64,000 nt of DNA from an uncultured Candidatus Saccharibacteria bacterium. GTDB taxonomy: Bacteria > Patescibacteriota > Doudnabacteria > UBA920. The translations under genes were made by a program, and so were the position numbers. Below are positions 1 through 9,698 of this stretch, in pieces; positions within the stretch are counted from its first letter, which is position 1, and the number at the start of each line of letters is the position of its first letter. The stretch is taken from positions 2,793 to 66,792 of the forward strand of contig CAZYMS010000004.1 of NCBI GenBank assembly GCA_964648985.1, written 5' to 3'. Below the pieces are notes generated by a model that was not told the DNA's origin, did not search any database, and saw only the letters and a list, made by a program, of their open reading frames with translations.

Positions 1-1
1 C

Positions 2-379
2 TATGCGAACGGTCAACTGCTTAATCAAAATGGGACTATATACATTGTGTACAAAAATACCATAACTGGCTTCAGTAATGCGTCTGCATTTCTTGGCTTA
101 GGGTTTAGCTTTGCTAATGCACTTACTATTGACTATACGAATCTACAGACATCTGGTTATATTGTTACCACGCCGTACGCAGCTCATCCGTGGGGTAGTT
201 GGGTAAAGAGCGGTCAGACGGTGTACTTTGTCCACCAGGACGGACTTATTCCCATTTCCTCATACGATATATTCTTAAATAACAGTGGACAGAATAAATT
301 TATAGTAGAAATGAATAGTTATGACTGGCAGCGAACAATGCTATCACATATGACTTATGGCGATTATCGTTTGCGGTAA
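2..379 (+). CDS. 3' end of a surface/secreted protein with CPR-type C-terminal repeat domain (5'-truncated)
   Basis: Frame open from base 2 (YANGQLLNQNGTIYIVYKN...); the AHPWGSWVKSGQTVYFV...IPISSYDIFLNN segment matches the C-termini of the 13904 and 30710 proteins. Confidence 0.8.
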   Translation, partial: YANGQLLNQNGTIYIVYKNTITGFSNASAFLGLGFSFANALTIDYTNLQTSGYIVTTPYAAHPWGSWVKSGQTVYFVHQDGLIPISSYDIFLNNSGQNKFIVEMNSYDWQRTMLSHMTYGDYRLR

Positions 380-391
380 TATTTTGATGGA

Positions 392-757
392 GTGTATATG
401 AACATCCAAACTATAAATCAAATAAAACACACGGCAGATACGGTGGAATTGGCGCACCTTCTATGGATTGCTCTGGTGGTTACAAGCCTGCCAATAATGC
501 TTATGTGGGAACCCTATACGTACGTTGCCGTCAGTACAATATTCATTACTACTGGTTCTTGGATACTGTGGGGAGACTGTCCGCTATTTACCCTAGAAAA
601 CCGCTTGCGACGACAATACGACCAACAGGAAAGTTATGCTGGCTCATTCATGTCGCACTATCTGCATAAGCATTTCTCGATTGAGGTTCCTACTCTCGTA
701 TTTACGGTACTTGGTTACGTGTATGCTGCGTTCATTATCGCTTTTGCATTTTTATAG
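392..757 (+). CDS. DUF2784-like membrane protein
   Basis: H-x-x-W helix and GDCPLFTLENRLR motif; three hydrophobic segments. Confidence 0.65.
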   Translation: MYMNIQTINQIKHTADTVELAHLLWIALVVTSLPIMLMWEPYTYVAVSTIFITTGSWILWGDCPLFTLENRLRRQYDQQESYAGSFMSHYLHKHFSIEVPTLVFTVLGYVYAAFIIAFAFL

Positions 758-1018
758 GGGCTCTCAATTATTATTAATCCTTGAGAGGGGGTGAGAACCA
801 ATGAGTAAAACATTGAAACGGCGGATACATAAAATTCATCACACAATACAAAAAGAGGTACAGGAACGACAGCCACTTTGTTTACAAGTAGTGTTTCCCC
901 GCACACGAGTAAGAGATACGCCTACGAAGGAGCGTGGATATATAGTATGCGGGCTGGAGGGTATTATTAATACCAACTCACCCAGTAAAATTCTACGGTG
1001 AGCGAAGGAACATATTAT

Positions 1019-1393
1019 ATGAACAAATTTAATTGGACCAAGGCCATTGGTGTTGGCGTAATAATTTGGGGGGTTATGACATTCTCGTTGTGGGTACTAA
1101 GTAGTTTCCAATCTCTCGGACCGCTTTGGGCGCATGCGATTGTAGCTGCCATAGGTGGACTGGCTACGGTTTTGCTCGCCGCAGGGAGCGGGCCTGAAGG
1201 TGGCTCTCAAGCTGCTGAATACGGACTAAGCTGGGCTGTGGTTACGGTGCTATTAGACTTAGCTGTTACTCAGTGGTTTGATGCGCATATTTTTACTGCT
1301 TGGCTGTACTGGCTTGGAATTGCCTTAGTGCTTATTGCCCCGTTTGTGACATACGAATTACAAGGCTCTGGGTCACGCTCAAAGGCAGCATAG
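1019..1393 (+). CDS. four-TM hypothetical membrane protein
   Basis: Four hydrophobic helices; ATG at 1019 preferred over GTG at 998. Confidence 0.7.
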   Translation: MNKFNWTKAIGVGVIIWGVMTFSLWVLSSFQSLGPLWAHAIVAAIGGLATVLLAAGSGPEGGSQAAEYGLSWAVVTVLLDLAVTQWFDAHIFTAWLYWLGIALVLIAPFVTYELQGSGSRSKAA

Positions 1394-1413
1394 GGAACTA
1401 TGCAGAGCAAACA

Positions 1414-1449
1414 CTCATACTGAGCGTGAGTCGATACGCTCAGTATGAG
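1414..1449. repeat. 14-bp perfect hairpin (REP-like/terminator)
   Basis: ctcatactgagcgt-gagtcgat-acgctcagtatgag; its tcgatacgctca core resembles the loops at 7964 and 8496. Confidence 0.7.
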
Positions 1450-1486
1450 CATACAAAAAAGCGGACTTTAAAAATATAGCGCGCAT

Positions 1487-1840
1487 ATGATAAAGCTAAT
1501 GAAAAAGGGTTCCTACCGTCTGGTAGCAACTAAAGACCATAAAAGAATGCTCTATCTGGATGGGCAGGGGTACCAATGGGCATATGCAGAACATATTGGA
1601 GACTTGCTTGCCTATTCAAAGCATCCGCATAAGTTCAATTACCTGTTGGCGGCAGGTGACTATAGAATATATCAAGTTAAAGACGAGCCAAAGCTTGTAG
1701 ACCTGGACCATTTAGAACTTGAGGCGGGGAAAGATAAGTGGCAGGGATACTTACTGCTAACTGGCCTACCTACCCGAAGTAAGATTCGGAGCCGGATTGA
1801 GGCAACCCGCGAAGTAATCACCGGGTTTGTAGTAGAGTAG
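1487..1840 (+). CDS. hypothetical protein
   Basis: 117-aa ORF with normal composition, co-oriented with neighbours. Confidence 0.7.
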   Translation: MIKLMKKGSYRLVATKDHKRMLYLDGQGYQWAYAEHIGDLLAYSKHPHKFNYLLAAGDYRIYQVKDEPKLVDLDHLELEAGKDKWQGYLLLTGLPTRSKIRSRIEATREVITGFVVE

Positions 1841-1857
1841 TTGTTAATTAAACATCT

Positions 1858-2409
1858 ATGAATGAACTCGAGACCCAACATGTACATGAATTCAGAATTC
1901 GGAGCAGTGTACTTCTCCTGCTCATTAAAGGCGCGATTGCGTGGATTGCCTTAACCGTGTGTACGTATGCTTTTGATGTTCTGGTGGTGTCTCTGGTTGG
2001 AAATGGAAATAAGTATAGTCTTGGCGCCGTTGTGCTAAGCGCAGAAAGTTTGGTAACGTTTGTTCCTTTGTTCGATTTCATACTAAACACCATATATGGG
2101 GTGCTCGTCCTCTACATTACACTCAGTTGGATTTACGAGTATTCCATGATTAAAAAAAGTGATATTCTCACTCATCGAGGAATTGTGTTTAGCCACGAAC
2201 AAGTGTACGAAATGGGAGATATTAAAACCATAGAGGTGGTGCAAGGATTTTGGGGGAAACTATTCAACACAGGAACAGTAAAACTGTATGCGCATCGGGC
2301 ACAAAAATTTGTATTCCTAAGAAGCGTGAGCAGGCCACATGCGATAGCAGCGCATATACGCGACTTGCATCCTGCACCTGATGTACTAGAAGAGACTACT
2401 GGCAAATAA
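1858..2409 (+). CDS. membrane protein with bacterial PH domain (bPH_2/YdbS-like)
   Basis: Two TM helices followed by RGIVF...IKTIEVVQGFWGKLFNTGTVKL. Confidence 0.8.
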   Translation: MNELETQHVHEFRIRSSVLLLLIKGAIAWIALTVCTYAFDVLVVSLVGNGNKYSLGAVVLSAESLVTFVPLFDFILNTIYGVLVLYITLSWIYEYSMIKKSDILTHRGIVFSHEQVYEMGDIKTIEVVQGFWGKLFNTGTVKLYAHRAQKFVFLRSVSRPHAIAAHIRDLHPAPDVLEETTGK

Positions 2410-2457
2410 ACTGAAAAATAAATATGTACGTTATTTGGTGCACTATATTACACGACC

Positions 2458-3546
2458 ATGAACCGACTATACAAAAATATAATAGTTCTTAGTGTGGTAG
2501 TCTTACTGGTTGCGGGTGCCGTAGTTATTTATTTAGAGCTAAAAGATTTTTCAGTCCTATCGCCCAATACCAATGGTGGAAGAGTAACCCCGGAAGAAGT
2601 GAACTTTAACCAAGTTGGCAACTTGCTGCGAGACAATCCAGGATTAAAGCCAGGAGTATGGTACTTGTCCTACGGAGAACCAGGAAAGCCAGGCTTAAAG
2701 GCGGAGCTACAATTCATCAGTCAAAACTCAGATTTGCAGATTGGTGAACGGGTACATATAGAAGGGCATGAAACCAATGAAGTAGTTATTGTGAGTAAGC
2801 TCGAAATTTTAAATGCATATAAAAGTAATCTTGTTTGGGTTGAGTCGCCCCTGCCTAACGATACGGTGATTAATCCCATTACCATTACGGGTTGGGCTAA
2901 AGGGAGTTGGTACTTTGAGGCCAGTTTTCCAGTAAAAGTTCTAGACGCGAATGGTAAAACTTTGGGACAGGCTGTTGCTACAGCTCAAGACGATTGGATG
3001 ACTAACGAGTATGTACAGTTTATGTCGAGTATGCAATTTACTTCTCCCACTACCGCTACTGGCACTGTAATTCTAGAAAAAGATAATCCATCAGGGTTAC
3101 GACAACATGCAGATGAATTGCGTATACCAGTTACATTTGGTACAGAGGGACGAGCCGTGAAGCTGTATTATTACAGCCCAAATAAAGACAGGGATGCCCG
3201 CGGAAATATTCTTTGTTCGAGGCAAGGGCTTGTGGCAGTGGGGCGGCAAATTCCACTTACCAATACGCCTATTCAAGACACGATTAAGCTTTTACTGCAA
3301 GGACGCGTTACGGAACAGGAAAAATCGCAAGGAATTTCTACAGAGTATCCATTACCGGGGTTAGAGCTAAAAAGTGCCAACCAAGTTAACCGTAGTCTAA
3401 CGTTAGAGTTTGTAGATCCGCAGAACAAAACCGCAGGTGGCTCGTGCAGGGTAGGGGTGCTGTGGTTTCAAATTGAAGCTACCGCCAAGCAGTTTCCTGG
3501 AATAACAGAAGTTATATTTAAACCAGAAGAGTTATTTCAACCGTAA
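2458..3546 (+). CDS. Gmad2 Ig-like plus GerMN domain exported protein
   Basis: N-terminal anchor; G-A-GSWYFEASFPV and KDNPSG (Gmad2); GGSCRV...QIEATAKQFPGI (GerMN). Confidence 0.85.
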   Translation: MNRLYKNIIVLSVVVLLVAGAVVIYLELKDFSVLSPNTNGGRVTPEEVNFNQVGNLLRDNPGLKPGVWYLSYGEPGKPGLKAELQFISQNSDLQIGERVHIEGHETNEVVIVSKLEILNAYKSNLVWVESPLPNDTVINPITITGWAKGSWYFEASFPVKVLDANGKTLGQAVATAQDDWMTNEYVQFMSSMQFTSPTTATGTVILEKDNPSGLRQHADELRIPVTFGTEGRAVKLYYYSPNKDRDARGNILCSRQGLVAVGRQIPLTNTPIQDTIKLLLQGRVTEQEKSQGISTEYPLPGLELKSANQVNRSLTLEFVDPQNKTAGGSCRVGVLWFQIEATAKQFPGITEVIFKPEELFQP

Positions 3547-3565
3547 GTATTAAAGTCGTAACTAT

Positions 3566-3730
3566 ATGAAGATTAAAATTGAACAACACACCTTTTCTGG
3601 GGCTATATGGTTTATTGGGTGGCTGTTTACCATTGGCTTCGTACATCTGACATTTTGGAAAGGCGTACTAGCATTAGTAATCTGGCCGTATTATATAGGA
3701 AACACCATCAGCACTTTATTGTTACAGTAA
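3566..3730 (+). CDS. 54-aa small membrane protein (not in ORF track)
   Basis: MKIKIEQHTFSGAIWFIGWLFTIGFVHLTFWKGVLALVIWPYYIGNTISTLLLQ; fills the gap between co-oriented genes. Confidence 0.7.
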   Translation: MKIKIEQHTFSGAIWFIGWLFTIGFVHLTFWKGVLALVIWPYYIGNTISTLLLQ

Positions 3731-3763
3731 TTAAATATTCCGCCTAGAGCGAAAGGAGTATAT

Positions 3764-3946
3764 ATGTCAGAAGAAACTATGACTAATAAAAAAGATGACG
3801 CCTCGGGGCTGTTTATCCCAGCCGGGCTATTCCTCGGGTTTGCACTTGGGTTTATTTTCGGTAATATCCCCGCTGGAATATTTGGTGGAATGGGCGTTGG
3901 ATTTCTGCTTTTCGCCATAGTTAAGAATTTAAGAAAGCAATCTTAA
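3764..3946 (+). CDS. small Gly-rich membrane protein
   Basis: AAGGAG upstream; two Gly-rich TM segments. Confidence 0.75.
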   Translation: MSEETMTNKKDDASGLFIPAGLFLGFALGFIFGNIPAGIFGGMGVGFLLFAIVKNLRKQS

Positions 3947-3966
3947 TGGTATAGAAAGGGACTTTT

Positions 3967-4230
3967 ATGACCGAAGAAAAGACAACCTCGCAAGGTCCGA
4001 AAGAAGAATTTAAAGTTTCGGGGGAAGATATCGTAAAAAAGATAAAAGAAATTATTAAGTCTGGTAATGCAAGGCGCATTATTTTAAAGAACGAAAAGGG
4101 CGAGGTGCTTATGGAGATACCGCTTACCTTTGCCGTAGTGGGTACGGTTTTTGCGCCAGTGCTGGCAGCGGTGGGCGCGCTTGCTGCTCTGTTGACCGAG
4201 TGCACCATTACCGTAGTGAGAAAGGAATAG
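3967..4230 (+). CDS. DUF4342 domain protein
   Basis: KIKEIIKSGNARRIILK...LMEIPLT...AAVGALAALLTECTITV. Confidence 0.85.
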   Translation: MTEEKTTSQGPKEEFKVSGEDIVKKIKEIIKSGNARRIILKNEKGEVLMEIPLTFAVVGTVFAPVLAAVGALAALLTECTITVVRKE

Positions 4231-4232
4231 GT

Positions 4233-4640
4233 ATGCCTGAACATACACAAAACACCTGTACCCGAATACTTAGTGTCTTTCTCTTTTGTATTGGCCTCAG
4301 CGCGATTGCGGGCGGCTACGGACTAATCTTTCTAAATGGCTTGGGCATGCCAGTGACAAGCCTACGCGGAGTGTTTAGCTCCTTTATTATCCCGGGTCTT
4401 ATACTCGCTTTTATCGTAGGAGGTACCCACATTGCGGCCAGCATACTGTTATGGCTAAAGTCTAAATATGCAGTTGAAGCTACCGCAGTTGCCGGTTTCG
4501 GGCTTCTCGTGTGGATCTTTACAGAACTCTATATTATTCGTGAGGGTCATTGGCTGCACGTTTTGTATTTTGGTTTTGCAGTTGTGACGTTGATAGTAAC
4601 GATGCTATTACTTAAACTTCGGAAGCAGACTGATACATAA
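4233..4640 (+). CDS. four-TM hypothetical membrane protein
   Basis: SAIAGG...FIIPGLILAFIVGG pattern; ATG at 4233. Confidence 0.75.
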   Translation: MPEHTQNTCTRILSVFLFCIGLSAIAGGYGLIFLNGLGMPVTSLRGVFSSFIIPGLILAFIVGGTHIAASILLWLKSKYAVEATAVAGFGLLVWIFTELYIIREGHWLHVLYFGFAVVTLIVTMLLLKLRKQTDT

Positions 4641-4667
4641 TTATTTAGTTTGCATGAAAGGAGTTGT

Positions 4668-4832
4668 ATGATTAATGCGACTTGGCATAAAAAACATATT
4701 ATGCCGAAAAACCCAACTCTTGCAGAAAGAACTAAATGGCACATGGCTCATGCAAAACAGTGTGGTTGCCGGGCAATGCCAAAGAGTATGCAGGCGCTCG
4801 TAAATCAAATAGTTCATAGGAAAGGAAAATAA
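4668..4832 (+). CDS. small conserved hypothetical protein (His/Cys motif)
   Basis: WHKKHIMPKNPT...WHMAHAKQCGCR; AAGGAG before ATG 4668. Confidence 0.7.
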   Translation: MINATWHKKHIMPKNPTLAERTKWHMAHAKQCGCRAMPKSMQALVNQIVHRKGK

Positions 4833-4835
4833 TAT

Positions 4836-5066
4836 ATGCACATAGTATATAGAGACTATCCATTAGTAATGTTGTATCGCCCAGGGTTGGGGTTGTTAGT
4901 ACTGCTCGCAGTCATATGGACGCTTGTCTGGAAAGGTATCGCGTTGTGGAAAGCCGGGCAGAATGGTCATAAGGGTTGGTTTGTTGCTCTTTTCTTACTC
5001 AATACCTTAGGTATTTTGGAGATTGTATATATAGTCTGGTTTGGCCAGAAAAAACCTGCTTACTAA
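4836..5066 (+). CDS. DUF5652-like membrane protein
   Basis: WTLVWKGIALWKA...WFVALFLLNTLGILEIVY. Confidence 0.8.
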   Translation: MHIVYRDYPLVMLYRPGLGLLVLLAVIWTLVWKGIALWKAGQNGHKGWFVALFLLNTLGILEIVYIVWFGQKKPAY

Positions 5067-5070
5067 TACT

Positions 5071-5541
5071 ATGAAAAAATTACTTATTACTCAAAGTATT
5101 ATTTTATTCAGTGGCACGTTGTTTGCGTGGTATAACGTGATCAGAAACTTTGTGCGATTCTACCACGTAGAAGGAACCATTTTCAAAATTCATAACTGCC
5201 TTATCCCCAACCCGGTAACCGAAGCCTGCTTTTATGGCGCAGTTGCGTTTCTTGTTGCGCTAATTTGGTCACTCGTTATTGTCCAGAAGGCAAAAGATAA
5301 AATCGTGCGTCAACAACGTTGCCTTTGGTGGTTCTTAGTGTTCGGCACAATATTTGCCTGGTGTAACGTAGCTCGGGAGTTTATTGCTTTTTATAGCGTT
5401 CAGTCGGGTCCGGTACTAGGATGTTCGGCAACGCCAATCGTAAATCCGTTTTATACCCCGTGCTTTACCGGAGCGACCATCTTTTTACTCGTAGCTTTCC
5501 TGGCTGGTAGTATTTATGTTTCGCTACACAAAGATTCATAA
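5071..5541 (+). CDS. Cys-containing membrane protein (DsbB/VKOR-like)
   Basis: Internally duplicated GTxFAW...C-x(3-5)-NP-x(4)-CFxG motifs with four TM helices. Confidence 0.6.
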   Translation: MKKLLITQSIILFSGTLFAWYNVIRNFVRFYHVEGTIFKIHNCLIPNPVTEACFYGAVAFLVALIWSLVIVQKAKDKIVRQQRCLWWFLVFGTIFAWCNVAREFIAFYSVQSGPVLGCSATPIVNPFYTPCFTGATIFLLVAFLAGSIYVSLHKDS

Positions 5542-5551
5542 CAATAATTAT

Positions 5552-6175
5552 ATGCATTTCAAAGACCGACAACACGCAGGAGAGCAGCTGGCGCACGTGC
5601 TTAAAAAGTATAAGGACAAGAATAGTGCCGTGTACGCTTTGCCGCGTGGCGGCGTAGTTGTGGGAGCAATGGTTGCTAAAACGCTACAAGCGCCGCTGAA
5701 TCTGCTTATCGTCCGAAAGATTGGCCACCCGTATAATCCTGAATACGCGATTGCCGCAGTTTTCGAGCATGGTGATATCGTCAGCAATGAAGAAGAGTTG
5801 TCACACGTTGACCCTGTGTGGTTCAAGAAAGCAGTAGCCGTAGAACGCGCCGAAGCAACACGACGGAGAAAGCTGTACTTAAAAAACAAGAAACCTATTC
5901 CGGCAAAAGACAAAGTGTGTATTATTGTAGACGATGGTCTCGCTACTGGCTTGACTATGAAGGTAGCAATACAAGAGTTACGTCGCCAAAAACCAAAGTC
6001 AATTATTGTTGCTGTGCCCGTAGCTCCAGCGGAAGTAGTTACGGAACTCGCGAAGTTAGTAGATGATATCGTTGTGCTATATGTCCCCACAGGCTTGTTC
6101 GCTGTCGTAGGTAGTTACTACCAAGACTTTGATCAAGTTACAGACGAACAAGTTATTACATTCATGAAAGGATAA
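5552..6175 (+). CDS. phosphoribosyltransferase family protein
   Basis: FKDRQHAG, LPRGGV and IIVDDGLATG PRPP-binding motif. Confidence 0.9.
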   Translation: MHFKDRQHAGEQLAHVLKKYKDKNSAVYALPRGGVVVGAMVAKTLQAPLNLLIVRKIGHPYNPEYAIAAVFEHGDIVSNEEELSHVDPVWFKKAVAVERAEATRRRKLYLKNKKPIPAKDKVCIIVDDGLATGLTMKVAIQELRRQKPKSIIVAVPVAPAEVVTELAKLVDDIVVLYVPTGLFAVVGSYYQDFDQVTDEQVITFMKG

Positions 6176-6182
6176 AACTACT

Positions 6183-6404
6183 ATGCAAGAATCTAATAAT
6201 TATATATGTGAACTTTGCGGTACGCGTATGGCAAGCAGTATAGATTACTCCGAGGACTTTGCTGTGCAAACAGCAGTGTCCGATCGCTTGGAAGCAAACA
6301 CGGGCGAACGAATAAACATAGCCACTATGAGCCGCTTGTGCGATGAGTGTTATAATTCACTTAATATTAACGATGATGAACTGGAAGCGGAAAATGTCCC
6401 ATGA
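6183..6404 (+). CDS. small protein with two CxxC motifs
   Basis: CELC...CDEC; overlaps next start (ATGA). Confidence 0.6.
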   Translation: MQESNNYICELCGTRMASSIDYSEDFAVQTAVSDRLEANTGERINIATMSRLCDECYNSLNINDDELEAENVP

Positions 6405-6985
6405 GTATGTGGCACACTAAAAAAGGAAGATATGTACTCGCGCTTATTTCCGTAGTTCTGTTTGTCTGCGTGTCTTTAGTATTGTTTGTTGTCTTGAGCC
6501 CTGAGCAAATAATACATTGGGTGGGGGCAAGGAATGCGTATGTTCTCATTTTCGTTATGGCCATTGCTGGGGGGTTTACCACTTTTAATATTATTCCATA
6601 CCACCCCATGTTAATTGCGCTGGCGGTTGGTGGCTTAAACCCGTACCTATTAGGAATGTTAGCAGCTACTGGTGTTACGTTAGGGGACTCAACTTCGTAC
6701 TGGTTGGGAACACAGGGAAGGGTGTTATTGTCTGGGAAGACCAATAAGTGGTTTGACCGGATACATCGTCTGAGTGAGCAGAATGCAAAGCTCCAGATGT
6801 TTTTATTTTTTCTCTATAGCACTTTTATACCAACATCCAACGACCTCCTCACTATTCCTGCTGGTATTGCGCGTATTGCGTTTTGGCGAGTGATGATTCC
6901 ACTGCTGCTTGGTAATATTATTTTTGACACTGCTCTGGCCTACCTTGCTACGCGCGCTCCCGACTTTATTCAAAGATATCTATAA
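6401..6985 (+). CDS. DedA/VTT family membrane protein
   Basis: GVTLGDSTSYWLG and P-x-DLLTIPAG motifs. Confidence 0.8.
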   Translation: MSMWHTKKGRYVLALISVVLFVCVSLVLFVVLSPEQIIHWVGARNAYVLIFVMAIAGGFTTFNIIPYHPMLIALAVGGLNPYLLGMLAATGVTLGDSTSYWLGTQGRVLLSGKTNKWFDRIHRLSEQNAKLQMFLFFLYSTFIPTSNDLLTIPAGIARIAFWRVMIPLLLGNIIFDTALAYLATRAPDFIQRYL

Positions 6986-7031
6986 TAGTACTCATAACTG
7001 TACCGCAACGCTCGTAATTAATATCAAACTT

Positions 7032-7829
7032 ATGGAAACAAAAATATCTATACAACACCTTATAGATCTTACGGGGAAAACCGCCATCGTTACCGGTGGT
7101 GCTATGGGAATTGGGTTTGGAATCGCATATCGATTAGCTGAAGCAGGAGCAAATGTAGTTATTGCCGATCTTAACGAAGAGGTCGGTAACCGAGCAGTAA
7201 AACAACTAACTGTTCAAGGTTTTAAAGCTGTGTTTATCAAGGCTAACGTAGCCGAGGAACACGACGTGCAAGCTGCAGTTAATTTTGCTGTTACGACATT
7301 CGGGGCACTTACTATTTTAGTAAATAATGCCGGTATCTATCCAATTGTTCCTATCATGCAAATGCAGGCAGCGGATTTTGAACAGATACTTAATGTTAAC
7401 CTAAAGAGTGTTTTTCTGTTTACCAAGACTGCTAGTGAGGTGATGATTAAACAAGGTCAAGGCGGCAAGATTATTAACATTACTTCTGTAGATGCCCTAC
7501 ATCCTTCATCGGTTGGTCTGGCGGTCTATGACGCTTCTAAGCACGGTCTCTGGGGCTTTACTAAAAACACTGCTTTAGAACTTGCTCCACATAGCATTCA
7601 GGTGAATGCTATTGCCCCGGGCGGTGTGGCCACCCCGGGTACGGGTGAAGGTAAATCTACGTCTCCGGAAATAGAAGAAATTCAAAAGAAGTTTAGAGAC
7701 AAAATCCCAATGAAAAGAATGGGTACTCCGGATGAAATTGGCAAAGTAGCTTTATTTCTAGCTTCCGATTTATCTAGCTATATGACGGGTTCTCAAATAG
7801 TGGTAGATGGAGGAGTTTTGCTCTCTTAA
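7032..7829 (+). CDS. short-chain dehydrogenase/reductase (FabG-like)
   Basis: TGGAMGIG, NNAG, YDASK catalytic motif, VNAIAPG. Confidence 0.93.
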   Translation: METKISIQHLIDLTGKTAIVTGGAMGIGFGIAYRLAEAGANVVIADLNEEVGNRAVKQLTVQGFKAVFIKANVAEEHDVQAAVNFAVTTFGALTILVNNAGIYPIVPIMQMQAADFEQILNVNLKSVFLFTKTASEVMIKQGQGGKIINITSVDALHPSSVGLAVYDASKHGLWGFTKNTALELAPHSIQVNAIAPGGVATPGTGEGKSTSPEIEEIQKKFRDKIPMKRMGTPDEIGKVALFLASDLSSYMTGSQIVVDGGVLLS

Positions 7830-7963
7830 TATGCGGAAATACAAAGTCCTTACGCAGATATTCTCAATCATTGCCGTCCAATTAGTCGGTTATGTTGGAA
7901 CATTATTTTAAATATTATCCTTGGGAAAAATTAAAATAGTTGAGCGGGCGTAGCTTGCAAGCC

Positions 7964-7998
7964 AAAAACCACCATTCGATACACTCATGGTGGTTTTT
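7964..7998. repeat. palindromic repeat family A, copy 1
   Basis: aaaaaccaccattcgatacactcatggtggttttt. Confidence 0.75.
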
Positions 7999-8042
7999 GC
8001 ATTTGATATGTATAATACGGGTATATTAACCTCATTTTTTAT

Positions 8043-8468
8043 ATGGCTACCATAAACCCTTGGATAAACTTTAACGGCAACGCGGAAGAAGCGTTCACCT
8101 TTTATAAATCCGTCTTTGGCGGAGAGTTTGGCAAAATAGTACGGTTCAAAGACCTCGCCAGCGCTGACTTTCCTGTACCTGAAAATGAGGCGAATAAAAT
8201 TATGTACATTGCTCTGCCTATTGGACAAGGTAATGTATTAATTGGTAACGATGTCCCAGAAGTAATGGGCAAAGTTAACGAGCGTGAAAACCGAAGTAAA
8301 ATTTCTGTGAGTGCGGATAGCAAGGAAGAAGCAGAAAAGTTATTTAACGGACTTTCTGCTGGGGGAGAGGTAGAAGGTCCAATGGGCGACGGCCCCTGGG
8401 GCTCCTATGCCGGTATGTTCCGCGACAAATACGGCATTGAGTGGATAATTGAATTTTATTCCAAATAA
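8043..8468 (+). CDS. VOC/PhnB family protein
   Basis: INFNGNAEEAFTFYKSVFGG...WGSYAGMFRDKYGIEW. Confidence 0.9.
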   Translation: MATINPWINFNGNAEEAFTFYKSVFGGEFGKIVRFKDLASADFPVPENEANKIMYIALPIGQGNVLIGNDVPEVMGKVNERENRSKISVSADSKEEAEKLFNGLSAGGEVEGPMGDGPWGSYAGMFRDKYGIEWIIEFYSK

Positions 8469-8495
8469 AATTTTTTTTGCCTGTAGGGACCATTT

Positions 8496-8530
8496 AAAAA
8501 CCACCGTTCGATAAACTCACGGTGGTTTTT
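8496..8530. terminator. palindromic repeat family A, copy 2; bidirectional terminator
   Basis: aaaaaccaccgttcgataaactcacggtggttttt between convergent genes. Confidence 0.75.
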
Positions 8531-8539
8531 AATATTAAC

Positions 8540-9019
8540 TTATTCGCTCCAAGCGCTTTTGTACTTATCGGTTTGCAGTAATCTTTCTATCTCAAATCTA
8601 ATTTCTTGAATATCTTCTGTATTGAGTGGCCTAAAGTTGTCGTAGAAACCGGTCTCTCGGTGGGGTAGCTGAACAGCGTCGCCATATTTTTGAATAGTAG
8701 CTGTGGTGGCACGGCCATATATTTGCATGTGAAGCGTTGGGCCTTCCGGCTTGAATACTCCCCAGTTGCCCATGTCTTGATAGTTTACAATCCCTATATC
8801 TACACCACGTCTCGCCATTGCCAATTTTAGTGCCTCTCCTGCAACCATAGACAGCTTCATGTATTCAATGGCAAGTTTGGGGGATAGCTGTGTTCTATCA
8901 CGCACCGCAATCTTGGGGAATATATACATATGACCACCTTCTGCTCGGTCAATGAAAGGCTTGGACGCGGCTTGTATGTAAAAGTTTTCTGTCTCGTAAA
9001 TTGGAATTTGTGTTTGCAT
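8540..9019 (-). CDS. HIT-like family protein
   Basis: GGHMYIFPK...NYQDMGNW...LHMQIYGR (degenerate HxHxH). Confidence 0.7.
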   Translation of the reverse strand: MQTQIPIYETENFYIQAASKPFIDRAEGGHMYIFPKIAVRDRTQLSPKLAIEYMKLSMVAGEALKLAMARRGVDIGIVNYQDMGNWGVFKPEGPTLHMQIYGRATTATIQKYGDAVQLPHRETGFYDNFRPLNTEDIQEIRFEIERLLQTDKYKSAWSE

Positions 9020-9145
9020 GGGACTAGTATAACAAAAATGTCTCTATCGTATAAGATGCTATAATAATGGTCAGTTTTATTCTACCCATGGGCGTGCGTG
9101 ATTTTTGTGTTTGCGGGGTAAATTAAAGTTCTATATACTCTCGGC

Positions 9146-9592
9146 ATGGAACACAGACAAGAAGGACACCAAGAACTCCGCGAGGGTATTACTGCTTTAA
9201 AAGCAGTTGTTATACACGAGGGAAAATATCTGGTTTTAAGACGAGCGGAAGTGAAAAATGGGAAACCCAACGCCTTCCCGGGTTTGTACGACTTTGCTGG
9301 CGGTAAACCAGAGTCGGGTGAAGAGCTTGGAGAAGCCTTAAAACGAGAAGTAAAAGAAGAAACGGGGTTAGACGTAGAAGCAGAAATGGTTGAGGGTGTG
9401 TACCCGGGCCAGCTCGGGAATACTCCCGTTACATTTATTATTTATGCAGTCAGAGTTTTATCTGAAGACATAACCCATGTCCGGCTGACTGGTGAGCACA
9501 CAGAGAGCCTTTGGGTTACGGCACATGAGCTCAGGAGTTTGCCGAGCATGCCGTACATGGAAAGTTATTTAAACGATTTCCAGAAGATATAA
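9146..9592 (+). CDS. NUDIX hydrolase
   Basis: GGKPESGEELGEALKREVKEETGL Nudix box. Confidence 0.92.
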   Translation: MEHRQEGHQELREGITALKAVVIHEGKYLVLRRAEVKNGKPNAFPGLYDFAGGKPESGEELGEALKREVKEETGLDVEAEMVEGVYPGQLGNTPVTFIIYAVRVLSEDITHVRLTGEHTESLWVTAHELRSLPSMPYMESYLNDFQKI

Positions 9593-9601
9593 ATGCTATA
9601 A

Positions 9602-9637
9602 CAAGGATCACCCTTGCGCAACGCGAGGGCATCCTTG
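9602..9637. repeat. palindromic repeat family B
   Basis: caaggatcacccttgcgcaacgcgagggcatccttg. Confidence 0.7.
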
Positions 9638-9698
9638 TTACGAGTAAGCATTTTAAAGTTTGCTTTGGTATACTATAGAAAAGTATTAATAAAGAAAC

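Noticed and set aside
801-1001. 66-aa ORF
   Set aside because: Short, no recognisable features; cannot be supported
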